Of a stretch of DNA of 64,000 nucleotides, positions 56,601 to 64,000 are shown in pieces (position 1 is the first letter of the stretch; each line of letters starts with the position of its first letter). The notes beneath the pieces were generated by a model. That model did no database searches. It worked only from the letters and a program-made list of their open reading frames with translations, and was not told the DNA's origin. The DNA is from a virus. The translations under genes and the position numbers were made by a program. Location of the stretch: the IMG/VR virus record IMGVR_UViG_3300010413_000004, positions 1 through 64,000 of that record; one strand, given 5' to 3'.

Positions 56601-59040
56601 AAAATCGTATGCTGCTGCAGCTATAATAACATTAGCAGAAGAGTACATTCCGTTTACAAATAGTATTGAAGTGTTTAGACAGGGTCAGAAGTTGATCGCT
56701 GGAGTAGATTATAACGAAGTCCCTCCAGTAAGTGGATCGTTAACGTCTAGTAGCATTACATTAACTAACCCAACATCTTTGGGATCTCCTGATAATGTTG
56801 AAATTGTATACACTACAGCAACGCTGATCAGAGGTATACACTTTGAGATGATTAACTCAAACATAATTCGTATTCTATTCCCAGCTCTTGTGAGTAGTAC
56901 TTACATCGACTTGAAAGTGTGGGGCTTGGATATTGATAAGGGAGCATTAGCTCCAGCTAAACTTATCGATAAGAAAGCTGAAGTAGTATTAACGACCATC
57001 CCAATGTGGGATCCAGCGCGAGGTTATCACTATCCTACAGCGTTCCAAAACGTTGATTTGGCGAATGACGTCGATCCAGCGAGGTATTCAGTTACGCCTC
57101 AGCAGAAGCAATCTGCGACGTTAGGTCATCCAGTGTTTGATCCATGGGGCAGCAAACAAGTCGGCAATACATGGTTGAATACATTTGATTTGAGTTACGT
57201 ACCTTATTATGATGAGCACATTATAACCAGTGTCGAAGATAGATTGCGCCAGTGGGGCCGACTATCAGATTGGTCCGACGTTGAGTTGTATGAGTGGATT
57301 AAATCAGACGTACCCCCTGATCAATACGATACGATTGCTGCAATAGAAGAAGGTGATGCAACTATTGCTGAAAGTAAGCGTAAGTCAGGTAGAGCAAAGC
57401 AGACACTATTTAAGAATGGTGGTGCATCTACTGAGGTACGAGCATTGACTAATACTGCGACTACTGGTCAAACAATAACTGGAAGTACGTCATTCAAAGA
57501 TACGAATGCTACGTTTATCAGTGATGAAGTTACTGTTGGTGACATTATTCGATTAACTGGTAGCAATACTGGCGATTGGAGAATAACAAGTGTGAGCGAC
57601 ACAGAAGTAGTGTTGGATGCTACCGTACCGTTAGTTGGTGATACAAACATTTCTTACACAATATACAAGCCTATATGGACAATGATGCAAAATGTGTATG
57701 ATAAGCATGATGTTGTCATTTCGGGAACATTTGTCAGCAACGGGGTATATTCTTTTGTTACGAATATACCTGTTGGTGAGACGGTGAATGTATACGTGAA
57801 CGGAATATTGTCACAAGAGAATGTTGTGGTGACTTCATCTCCTATTTCAGTAACATGCACAGAGAATGATATAGTGATATTTGCCAATCTACTACCAACC
57901 GAAGCTGAAATTACAGCTGGAGAGGCTGATGGTACTTTACTATATGACTACGAGTACACGACAGATATTGAAATTGACAAATTTGGAACATCACAAACAG
58001 TATACTACTTCTGGGTTCGTCAAAAGAGCACTAAGGTTCAAGGCAAAAATCGAACGATGTCAAGCAAAGATACTGAAGCTGCTCTCAAGATAATTCCTTC
58101 GCCTTATATGTTCTTCCAGAAGACTATGGACAGCAACTGGCATCAGTATACGCAATCGTTTACATATGCTCCATCAGTATCGCCTTTGCCTGCATCAACT
58201 ACGTTTACAGTTGACCACATCATCCTATCGAATGTTGTTACAGTAACTATTGATGGGGTGGCTGTACCTGCTAATATCATCACAGTAGATGTTGACAACT
58301 ACACGTTTAGTCTACCAACATCTCAACTATCTGTTGGTCAAATAGTTAAAATCGAGTATACTGGTTTGAATTATACTGAAAATAAAGATTTGCCAAGCAG
58401 ATTTGTACAGTCCGTCGTTCGAGGATTGCGTGGTTGGATAGATGATGACCGCCGATACACTGTACGGTTTACACGCGATTTTACTCTTCGTGATGATCTG
58501 AATAAAGGAACATCATCTCTTGATCTCAAGAATAAACACGAAGAGTGGATAATGTTCCGGGAGCGTCAGCCATATCACATCGATCGTGTGCTTTGGGATA
58601 AAGTCACTGAAGCTATGGTTGGTTACAAAACATTGATAGATGGAACTATAGAACGAGTGCCATCATATGAAAGAGAACTGTATGATAGCAAATATGGTAC
58701 TGATACGCGTTATGGCTTAGGTGACAACCAAGCGATTGTTGATGGAAGTATGGCTCTAGACACTATTATTGCTGATTTGGAAAATCCAGATAATGTGTTC
58801 CACCCAGTTGATATCAACACGTTCTTTGAGCAGCACAATTTTGATACAGATGCAGCAATAATTGAATCAATGGATGTGATTTACAACACGTTTGCGTACA
58901 CTCATGTTAATAGAATGATGTTTTCTGTGCTACACGATGCTTTGTCACTCAAAACTAAATACCCCGACATACTGAAAACGTCGATGGTTTCGTTAAACGG
59001 CATTAAGCCACTCCAAATATCAGGTATTTTTGATGACTAG
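47659..59040 (+). CDS. Giant (3793 aa) baseplate wedge/fibre-associated structural protein (gp7-like position)
   Basis: Follows gp6; N-terminal LLP..., QLQP, W.PPIDIDK...F..YYW pattern; repeated beta-rich modules; late promoter 47625-47632. Confidence 0.7.
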   Translation: MSSRNDNSDYTKKSTNLFDLLPEVYHSDTSKAIFSNLFNRFLTKQEVQKVAGYIGEGNPNALIKRQIVEPTLQRQTNQLQPIMHTKIGSIDHMASWEDIQRELSRLGVNIDDIDKWGELLQFNWVPPIDIDKLIHFEDYYWYDEATPNSRPQYITIRSRCTVAKANVNFWQKLVDQYGSTFPIIDVQRTDVLPSTSYPIVDIVAVTDTITVQGDVTGSFAYGTFFKVSGTVSNNTTFQVSGSPTYDSVNDSTQIPVATGSIVADETLVGTATITLYDKIVVEGNYVSLFSEGFVFFVADSDNQDLGGSFVEVSSSSYSSSADSTTIVITQTFTDTTISGNASLDEQLSLYLADRDCRCLGSVGWDLLPWDDNPSSPLWGGDAPGEHYTFLQAISQASAPSGAPTNQWDLWYDTTTDILYQYNDSSVWEQIWNRFSLILEKTEGLALWDLTTGCGTGTKIPAAEQWTTQNHWIHKSDVTNFAVAKQAQFPIIEYDWDLELNEWTYTDYRWKYRATTFTQWSEVDNQPSIMELTPLDHWELDSGTDEIVLDERYGDLTGLFVPGFVFQAGTNEAFTVDHSTFVAPTTGLAYQTRITITVPTSTTALSSGNILQEVVSSTPLQPITTAQGDAWLGYGQHWVFTGALNTLPITHQPINPFVELPVDAQMTLPVASVNLTGGAGVNYFEVEGKVDKLFTSGTTFTIENSAANNATYTVVGTGSTYSDPLGSPAGTGYTTIPVAEVIPSNTAPLGDILASAVFVDVSGDFDYSVGYYAQTYTIQSTSPVYTLNLSDVILPGSRRSLRNRALIGYDDVRVYINNIRQYGSYDELTIDGTYVSGIQFLSGYEPNRFDVVRIEVGEASIDELGLYSIPVRMVEDDAQYLIDGNVTVSLIRYKKAEQVKTSVNQYPQFDIYHVTGLPKYDANPIFGYRTSPDAAVNVAIGQRTVYDSTTRNYEFDQFLLEEDDGTLYAYRDYSNIIPTYWFNTLTQQLLFWTGTTWSSKKEISGYYLPAYVSDIEPSNFYLNVDGAYWFDTLNQILWKRNVALGEWDVITSVVIAASDTSLQTIWKKGLNDETYVPAKVDWEGRTEIEYDAAQTAYVTTRAAEIVTQSNATTAEANAQALDEWYQKQSNVHSPTGVWVGDWELPDPMYYNVLNENRKYLDTRQLITHFSSIIQEQPTIPGYVGTKESMFHLISNQNINYGLGGKIKQYNKSFDTLLSAIFVDTVTPLSVIDFAHDLYDSSLTQLKEIYRKHAISLLTSYDQQALSDLSLYIANEVITQYEQDDNNAFVFGDSTTFTEVIGGTDLGIRNWIATLPYLRLTDVHMPEFLVDELIDLIEIVHHDGHRAQYKLTDATLEGIIHELVGTGDPRTSFPTPSDAPLDTFGRTQNYLPPNTIDEFETEFSTVISNREGVFWYFVNQTTRTLYRLNLVSIGTTAPLLSDYADGALWLDMTAGAEVLRIKVTSATTGVSIWEVVDGLTPGDKRLHNGTDSNDVTTSTISAWQPLSLNVILGKIIYEAEHRLYENAPDVTPLRYDVSNTETKYPTTYDQYMYEAFLDYATQHSIEFPFANTSYSSSDPFTWNYKFSTIGHGFQIVEADSATNSFIVTGDATSLLDPCTSDSSCPSVVAFYIKNSSVNSGTWTTISSTALVPATVYDAVNNTTTVYVQETVTNDNEGIVYVGTLPSSINDGSESGGDWRDLYAKLYGTPYPHLEPWALQGYITKPSWWDAQYLNDDSNKWGDRTWKYKHGFELVSTNATEDYIEILGDFREVFAPTLTVPAEMTGSPSSFTFTATTTDTITGVTIGGVGTAVLNVSGNVTNKYAVGRKLSVVSSSNTVTKLVTVKSRSFSSTLNTTYIVVEEAIDSSTGIDFVGTIYDPTTNRLRVDVTQNLTTSGWTGRVLIAYGMWENIRVGIIPAGETYSNGITSITGNPATDSATYNLPVPIIPTYNYFSVNVSNGSVSSDGGTTIYYSDDVLPPYWDYTVQYGITPLAIDLVVRSVFLAYATEIVSPGAAFVFGDAGTVEWEWRNSSQYLYDLLTVSFRLDPIAFMSDTFGAEIITVNGLEVDLDKENVPSHTRTTFHGEIINDAPYLTDSINQWYVDYNRFSGLDVSSSDFRNMWTQWTAPLTYQFSSFIDTPSLSVGHRYIDITSNDYSLIAKKSPGTEDYWLDAFNISFANVPPKVVRYNNQLDWRVSINTNLDISRTIEYYDVRNYQFYADPTTDICTLYTWEIVDASLINKTFSVSGDQTLVFAAGRTFAVTNSTDNDGTYTVKSSSYDVVSDATIIEVDESLTSSFVTGFITANYRTIPWSTGDGIYLSSTETLPIPLLGDTVNGLTKYFIIVESDTTFKLARTYQDAIDGTAIDLLTPGKRDHYIGQVINTFNVIDGQQNILWRHYELDTQNVLSFNTPHDVQGLQTVINIIDGYSKKRYEEGWRINDENSQLDPVSGQIVTWQSEIERFLTNAFNQRDRRYVVTNRHEATVDVLTNEWTFVDTSAQYVTGDRVTVFSSNGAYPTPIVRGVWYYIIRDTADTFRLAASLSDANSGIEINVTDATSVDKLYITSASESTPISSHEINPIRHAIWFKPARGIVSNVVEGPTEDVRATQLIFDQYGRRLGSDTLRIFREDTRTAIKMLDNIANDVKPYSTDPRDNIHMGGAHLFVDSYEQVLKFEDYTSDGTLIYDPFIGLNLTKFEMLFNRDLNFTGRPNVGGYYLETFHNQELELKRNIEAGVEDLRTMYDTYSVLESSDLVSQARKVLGYEGPADYLRDINVNDKSQFLFWKGMIQHKGSINAVNAFINSHRFIEANVDEYWAYKVASFGSAKEKEYPELYVTANDTLANDIRLQFTSDLESPDSTFIAISAYDDQRWFNQPDQLQTLSDNNNTLYFDIVADNMIPVTVSSITGSPVTPTSPVDNQGLVLDGNLYGSPQADGNHYFYRWNSVSSVWDQHGSWVAGNNPVIRHDFDADTVSLTVRRYAEGTKKSYAAAAIITLAEEYIPFTNSIEVFRQGQKLIAGVDYNEVPPVSGSLTSSSITLTNPTSLGSPDNVEIVYTTATLIRGIHFEMINSNIIRILFPALVSSTYIDLKVWGLDIDKGALAPAKLIDKKAEVVLTTIPMWDPARGYHYPTAFQNVDLANDVDPARYSVTPQQKQSATLGHPVFDPWGSKQVGNTWLNTFDLSYVPYYDEHIITSVEDRLRQWGRLSDWSDVELYEWIKSDVPPDQYDTIAAIEEGDATIAESKRKSGRAKQTLFKNGGASTEVRALTNTATTGQTITGSTSFKDTNATFISDEVTVGDIIRLTGSNTGDWRITSVSDTEVVLDATVPLVGDTNISYTIYKPIWTMMQNVYDKHDVVISGTFVSNGVYSFVTNIPVGETVNVYVNGILSQENVVVTSSPISVTCTENDIVIFANLLPTEAEITAGEADGTLLYDYEYTTDIEIDKFGTSQTVYYFWVRQKSTKVQGKNRTMSSKDTEAALKIIPSPYMFFQKTMDSNWHQYTQSFTYAPSVSPLPASTTFTVDHIILSNVVTVTIDGVAVPANIITVDVDNYTFSLPTSQLSVGQIVKIEYTGLNYTENKDLPSRFVQSVVRGLRGWIDDDRRYTVRFTRDFTLRDDLNKGTSSLDLKNKHEEWIMFRERQPYHIDRVLWDKVTEAMVGYKTLIDGTIERVPSYERELYDSKYGTDTRYGLGDNQAIVDGSMALDTIIADLENPDNVFHPVDINTFFEQHNFDTDAAIIESMDVIYNTFAYTHVNRMMFSVLHDALSLKTKYPDILKTSMVSLNGIKPLQISGIFDD

Positions 59041-62000
59041 TAACATAAAGACGATCGATCCCGTACAGGGATTGATCGACTATGTCTTAGATATAAAACC
59101 ATATCATACCAAAATCGTTGAGGTGTTGATAGATCACGTCGGTAGTGATACTGTAAATGTTATCATAGAAGATAGGCAGCAGTTAGATGTTGATATTTTA
59201 TTCTTAGACGATTTTTATGAAGTACCACTGTGTGATGATGGTTACGGTACGCGATCGTTTGGAAGCTCGCGTAATTTTCCTATAACGTCTCCAAATCCAG
59301 GCATATCCATCGAAAACTACCCAGCAATCAATACGACTACAAATGCTGTTATTATTCCTGGAGATGCTTCAGACGATCTTCTAATTGGAGCGTCGATGTA
59401 TATCGTGACGCAATTTGAGGACGCGATTCAAGGTGTTATCATTGGATCTTCAGGAAGTGGTGCTTTCATCTTATCTGGTGATAGAACTGTTGAGTTTAGC
59501 GGTGGATCTCCAACCAAGACGTTTACAGTAACTGACTCCTCGTCAAATGATGGTAGCTATGTAATATCTCACTCTGTTTACAGCCCAGGAACAGATACAA
59601 CAGCAATATATGTAACTCAAACTGTATCAGCTTCTTATGATAGTGGGTTCATCATAACAAACGGTAACAATACAGGAACGTTTACAATATCGGCCGTGGA
59701 GTATTCAGGTGGATCAATCGATTCGTGGTCTGATGTTACTGATCCGACAACTTTTTTGTTAGGAGATAACCCTTACACCACCGTTACCGTAAATGAAACA
59801 CTAAATGCTATTCCTACACTATTTGCAAACCAATCTTATGTTGCATTTGCTTCTGTTGATGCCATCGAAATTATTGGTTCGTTATCCTATAGTAACTTTT
59901 TAGCGCGTTACACTTCAAGCCCTGTGGCTTACGAGCAGACGCCTGATGAAGGATATCTAACCAAAACTGTTGTTGGTATTACCCAATCTCAACTAGACGG
60001 AGCGAACGAGCCAATTCCAGGAACAGGAGCCTTTGTTGTACCTGGAAGTGTAAACGACAGTAACGTTTTTGTCGGTCAGACTTTTGAAGTAGTTAATTCA
60101 CTCGAAAACAACGGTACATATACGATTGTTGATATAACATATGATTCAGTATTGGACACAACTGAATTTGTTGTAAATGAACCAGTTGGTAACTTAGTTG
60201 ATGGAGAAATCCGACTAAACATACCCGCAAACGTTTTAATAGTTAATGGTGACCACTCTTCCCAGTTTGTACAGGGAACGATTTTTGATATTGTTAGTGG
60301 TTCAATGATTGGAACTTATACTACCATAAAGTCGGAGTACATTCCTCTTGAAGATGTTACGTGGATACGTACACTAGAAGATGTGTTTGGTGGAGATTTT
60401 GGAGATAGTATTCTTGGTGTTACAAGTGGAGGTTCACCATTATTAAGCACGTTTACGGTTGGTGGGGACAAGACGTCCAAATATTATGCAGGCAGCAAAT
60501 TTAACATTATTGGATCATCATTCAATGATGGAAAATATACTGTCGCAGCTGCAGGACCAACGTACGATATAATTACAAATACCACCGCCGTTCCTGTTAC
60601 TGATCTAATTAGCTTAACTGCTGATGGTTTCATTTATCCGTTTACATCTGGTTTCATCAAGTATCACGTAATGGGGTATGGTGATACTAGAGGAGTATGT
60701 CAATATGTCCCAGGTACCACTGTCGCCGTTCAATTTAATGAGAAATTGACGTTCTCTGGTCTGGGATTGGATCTATCTGATGACATTATCGCATACAATT
60801 TAGAAAATTCAGATACATGGGGATTTGATTTACCTGCAAATACGATCTTTGGTTCAACATACCCACTGATTCCTGAGCAGACAACTGCTCCTTCGGCACC
60901 AGAGATAACAGATCTGTGGTTTGATACAACTACTAATACGTTTAGACAATGGAATGGTCGATCCTGGGACCGTGTAGTTCGAGTTTATTGGCACGATACA
61001 GTAAATTCATTATTATACTATCGAACAAAAAATGCTTACGTGGATACTGGGTGGGTACTAGATTTCCCTTCAGTGCCAGGTTATTCGGATGTTATTCCTG
61101 CGTCTAGTTCTATCGGTATTCTTGATTCAAAAGTATATTCAGCCACAGGTGATCCAAATGAAGTGTTCACACTTCCCACGCCAATTCCTTCAGTTGGTTC
61201 TCCTGCAGTATTTGATGCAGGCAATTTGGTAGTTAGAGTCAATGGTTTATCTGCAGCTGCTAACGCGTTAAATTCATCGGAGTTTACTGTAACCAGCCCC
61301 ATACTTCAAAATGGTGATCTAGTATCAGCATATGTGTATGGTGATGTTGGACCTCGGACGAATGCATTTGTTGGAGTATATAATGCCGTTCCTCATGTAG
61401 TGTATCATCAAAACGTTACAATCGATACAGTTAATAACGCTTTTGTTGTCAATGGTGGTAACTTCATTGATAGATTTGTTCCAGCAAATACATTTACTGG
61501 AATGGACGCCGACTATGGTCAAATTAAAGGTGAGTGGTTTGCCGATCGTATCGAAATCATCGATGTTAATGGTACGACTGGCGAAATAACTATTCCTGGT
61601 GATTATGCGTGGCTGTTTACAAATGGGCGCGTATTTAGAGTTCAAAATACCACAACAAACAATAATGATTTTATTGTACAGTCTTCTGTTGCTGGTGGAT
61701 CTCCAGTTACGACAACAATCACTGTAAGCAATCCTACTGTGACGGAATCGATTTTTTATAACAGAGGATTGCCTGTTATATCAATTGATAGTGCTACCGA
61801 TTCGTTCGTTGTTAATGGTAATGTCGCTCAAGAATTCACATTAGGTCTTATAGTTGCAATATCAAATTCGGCAGTTGGCAACAATGGAAGTTGGGAAGTT
61901 GTGTCAGCGACGTATTCGGATATAAGTGGTCACACAACTGTAACAGTTGCTGGAGACATTCCTGCTGATGATGTTACAGGAAATGCGTTAGTCCAAACAC

Positions 62001-63922
62001 CTATTCCACAAATAATGTCTAGAGATTTGGGATCAATCATAGCAGCAGTATATGATCCAAGTGCAACATCTGGAACCTCAGCATATAATACAGGACAGCC
62101 AAAGACTGTTGTAGTTCCTGATCCAAGTACGTTACCTATCGATCCTACTGTGAACGGAATAACATACGACTGGCTCGGACCGCTCCGTATTGATACAAAT
62201 ATGTTGCCTGTTGAAATAACAGACATGACTGTGTTGGATAGATTCGGAGCGTCAAATGAGTTGTTATCTGTTCCGAATAGAATTGCAATCTTGGATACGG
62301 ATGCTACAGCCAATACTTTTACTGTTAATTATACCGATCCAGTAACGGGTGTTCCCATTGATCTTGGTGATACGTTTGGACCAGGATATGTCTTTACTGT
62401 GGTGGACTCATACGCTGATAACAATGCTGACTCTTTCGAATCAAATGATGCGAAGTATGTTGTAACATCAACATATTTTGATTGGTCAGGCTCTCCTGTA
62501 ACAGGGACTGGTAACACAATAATTACTGTTAGCTCAGCCTTTACTGATATTCCACCATTCAGTAGTTTTGATATTGTCGGTATGACAATAGGAGCTGGTA
62601 GTCCGTTTAATGGTAATACAATAACGCTCTTAGGTGATCAGGTAGCGACAATATCCGCATTTCCAAATGGTTTGTTTAAACTAGATCAGCCAATAATTTC
62701 AACAGATCCACGGTACAACATAATAACAGTAACGAACGTTTCGTTGGTAGGAGGGAACACTGTTCTCACCATTGATGAAAATATTATTGCACCATTGTAC
62801 ACGGGAACAATTAATTTTGCTGACGCATCTTATAATGTGGGAATCCCATACGATGAAACCAACATTGGTGGATCGCCTCTGCGCGCGTGGTCTCATGGTG
62901 ATATTCTTAGAGAAGTATTTGTCATTAACCAATCTTCTGCTGAGAATACAACATCTGCAGCAATAACAGACACCATTGATTTTGGTTGGGGGTCATATTA
63001 TGACATGGTTATTATTGGTACAAATTCTTTAGCTAGTACTGTGTATGTTGCAGGAGATACAACAGCAGTTGTCAACGTGAATGATGTTAGTAGCATAATT
63101 GGCTCTGCTGGCAACGATGGAACTTACGGTATCGTATCCGCGACATACGAAATCGCTTACAACCGAACTGCAATCGTATTGACGCCCACGTTACCTACTG
63201 ACCCAATTGGTTCGCCTGGACTGTATGGCATATTACGAATAGATAATATTGACGTAACAAGTTGGTTCCAGTATCTAATCAAAGAAATGAATGCATCTTC
63301 CAACACAATTTTGGTTCTTGGTGATGCTACAACGGATATACAGGTGGGCCAGCAAGTTCGAGTTTTGGGAACTAAAGTGAACGATGGTATGTTTACAGTT
63401 TCCGGTGCTCCTGTTTTCGATAACGTTAATGAACAAACAACATTGCCAGTCACAGAATTGGTTAAATATAACGAGAGCACAATTACTGCAATTATAGGAA
63501 CGGATACAATTCGAGTACAAGGCAATGCAGCACAGTCACTCGAAGGATCTGATGTCGTGTTCATTTCTTCATCTTTATTTAATGATGGTGTGTATATTGT
63601 AGTTGGTGTATCTTATGATAGCTATTACGATACCAGTGACATTACTGTTAGTGGAGGATCACCACTGTTGAATCCAACAGCCGATGGAACACTGATGTAT
63701 TATCAGCGTGGTGGTTGGACAGAAGCTTGGAGATATCAAGGAATTCATTTGGTATTTGAAGACGCACTTGGTCTTGAGGCAATCGAGAATGTGAGTGCAA
63801 CCATCGTGGCGGACGGTGGGGTGCTATCTAGCTCTTACGACTACCAATTCTGGGACGTTGGTTCATTTGACGAATCATTAGCTACGGTCATTCGACTATA
63901 CAGTGGTACATTTTCAGCATAA
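59033..63922 (+). CDS. Large repeat-rich virion structural protein
   Basis: N-terminal L.DYV.D.KPYHTK; about ten F.V..S..NDG.Y.V modules; overlaps the upstream gene end. Confidence 0.7.
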   Translation: MTSNIKTIDPVQGLIDYVLDIKPYHTKIVEVLIDHVGSDTVNVIIEDRQQLDVDILFLDDFYEVPLCDDGYGTRSFGSSRNFPITSPNPGISIENYPAINTTTNAVIIPGDASDDLLIGASMYIVTQFEDAIQGVIIGSSGSGAFILSGDRTVEFSGGSPTKTFTVTDSSSNDGSYVISHSVYSPGTDTTAIYVTQTVSASYDSGFIITNGNNTGTFTISAVEYSGGSIDSWSDVTDPTTFLLGDNPYTTVTVNETLNAIPTLFANQSYVAFASVDAIEIIGSLSYSNFLARYTSSPVAYEQTPDEGYLTKTVVGITQSQLDGANEPIPGTGAFVVPGSVNDSNVFVGQTFEVVNSLENNGTYTIVDITYDSVLDTTEFVVNEPVGNLVDGEIRLNIPANVLIVNGDHSSQFVQGTIFDIVSGSMIGTYTTIKSEYIPLEDVTWIRTLEDVFGGDFGDSILGVTSGGSPLLSTFTVGGDKTSKYYAGSKFNIIGSSFNDGKYTVAAAGPTYDIITNTTAVPVTDLISLTADGFIYPFTSGFIKYHVMGYGDTRGVCQYVPGTTVAVQFNEKLTFSGLGLDLSDDIIAYNLENSDTWGFDLPANTIFGSTYPLIPEQTTAPSAPEITDLWFDTTTNTFRQWNGRSWDRVVRVYWHDTVNSLLYYRTKNAYVDTGWVLDFPSVPGYSDVIPASSSIGILDSKVYSATGDPNEVFTLPTPIPSVGSPAVFDAGNLVVRVNGLSAAANALNSSEFTVTSPILQNGDLVSAYVYGDVGPRTNAFVGVYNAVPHVVYHQNVTIDTVNNAFVVNGGNFIDRFVPANTFTGMDADYGQIKGEWFADRIEIIDVNGTTGEITIPGDYAWLFTNGRVFRVQNTTTNNNDFIVQSSVAGGSPVTTTITVSNPTVTESIFYNRGLPVISIDSATDSFVVNGNVAQEFTLGLIVAISNSAVGNNGSWEVVSATYSDISGHTTVTVAGDIPADDVTGNALVQTPIPQIMSRDLGSIIAAVYDPSATSGTSAYNTGQPKTVVVPDPSTLPIDPTVNGITYDWLGPLRIDTNMLPVEITDMTVLDRFGASNELLSVPNRIAILDTDATANTFTVNYTDPVTGVPIDLGDTFGPGYVFTVVDSYADNNADSFESNDAKYVVTSTYFDWSGSPVTGTGNTIITVSSAFTDIPPFSSFDIVGMTIGAGSPFNGNTITLLGDQVATISAFPNGLFKLDQPIISTDPRYNIITVTNVSLVGGNTVLTIDENIIAPLYTGTINFADASYNVGIPYDETNIGGSPLRAWSHGDILREVFVINQSSAENTTSAAITDTIDFGWGSYYDMVIIGTNSLASTVYVAGDTTAVVNVNDVSSIIGSAGNDGTYGIVSATYEIAYNRTAIVLTPTLPTDPIGSPGLYGILRIDNIDVTSWFQYLIKEMNASSNTILVLGDATTDIQVGQQVRVLGTKVNDGMFTVSGAPVFDNVNEQTTLPVTELVKYNESTITAIIGTDTIRVQGNAAQSLEGSDVVFISSSLFNDGVYIVVGVSYDSYYDTSDITVSGGSPLLNPTADGTLMYYQRGGWTEAWRYQGIHLVFEDALGLEAIENVSATIVADGGVLSSSYDYQFWDVGSFDESLATVIRLYSGTFSA

Positions 63923-63936
63923 TTAACAGCTTAAAA

Positions 63937-63944
63937 TATAAATA
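63937..63944 (+). promoter_or_regulatory. T4-type late promoter for next gene (GTG at 63980 with GAGG RBS, truncated by the window)
   Basis: TATAAATA. Confidence 0.7.
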
Positions 63945-64000
63945 CAGCCAACAATTTAGTTTTCGAGGTAGAAGTAACAGTGGAAAAGTTTAGGACATCT

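Noticed and set aside
1-64000. Stop-codon reassignment, tRNA or rRNA genes
   Set aside because: Genes are full length under code 11 with TAA, TAG and TGA all used as stops; no cloverleaf or rRNA-like sequence noticed in the few spacers

Overview
64 kb from a large T4-superfamily (jumbo-type) myophage genome, read with the standard genetic code. It covers the morphogenesis core: terminase, gp4, tail tube, baseplate gp25/gp5/gp53/gp6, tape measure, portal, prohead core, protease, scaffold, major capsid, neck gp13/14/15, sheath, and two giant baseplate/fibre proteins. Interspersed are replication, recombination and transcription genes (UvsX, gp32, gp55 late sigma, gp47/46, RuvC, DinG-type helicase). 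Most notable: (1) the large terminase is a fractured gene. An atypically split intein (34-aa IntN, about 120-aa IntC) is separated by an out-of-frame Vsr/DUF559-type endonuclease gene whose late promoter and RBS lie inside the IntN coding sequence. (2) A likely programmed -1 frameshift joins the gp26-like and gp51-like genes next to the tape measure gene. (3) A Gly-Ser-Pro motif is strongly enriched across outer virion proteins. (4) A hairpin-dense non-coding region of about 480 nt. (5) An ATAWATA late-promoter network that includes several apparently leaderless transcripts. All family calls come from motif recognition and synteny; no database search was run.
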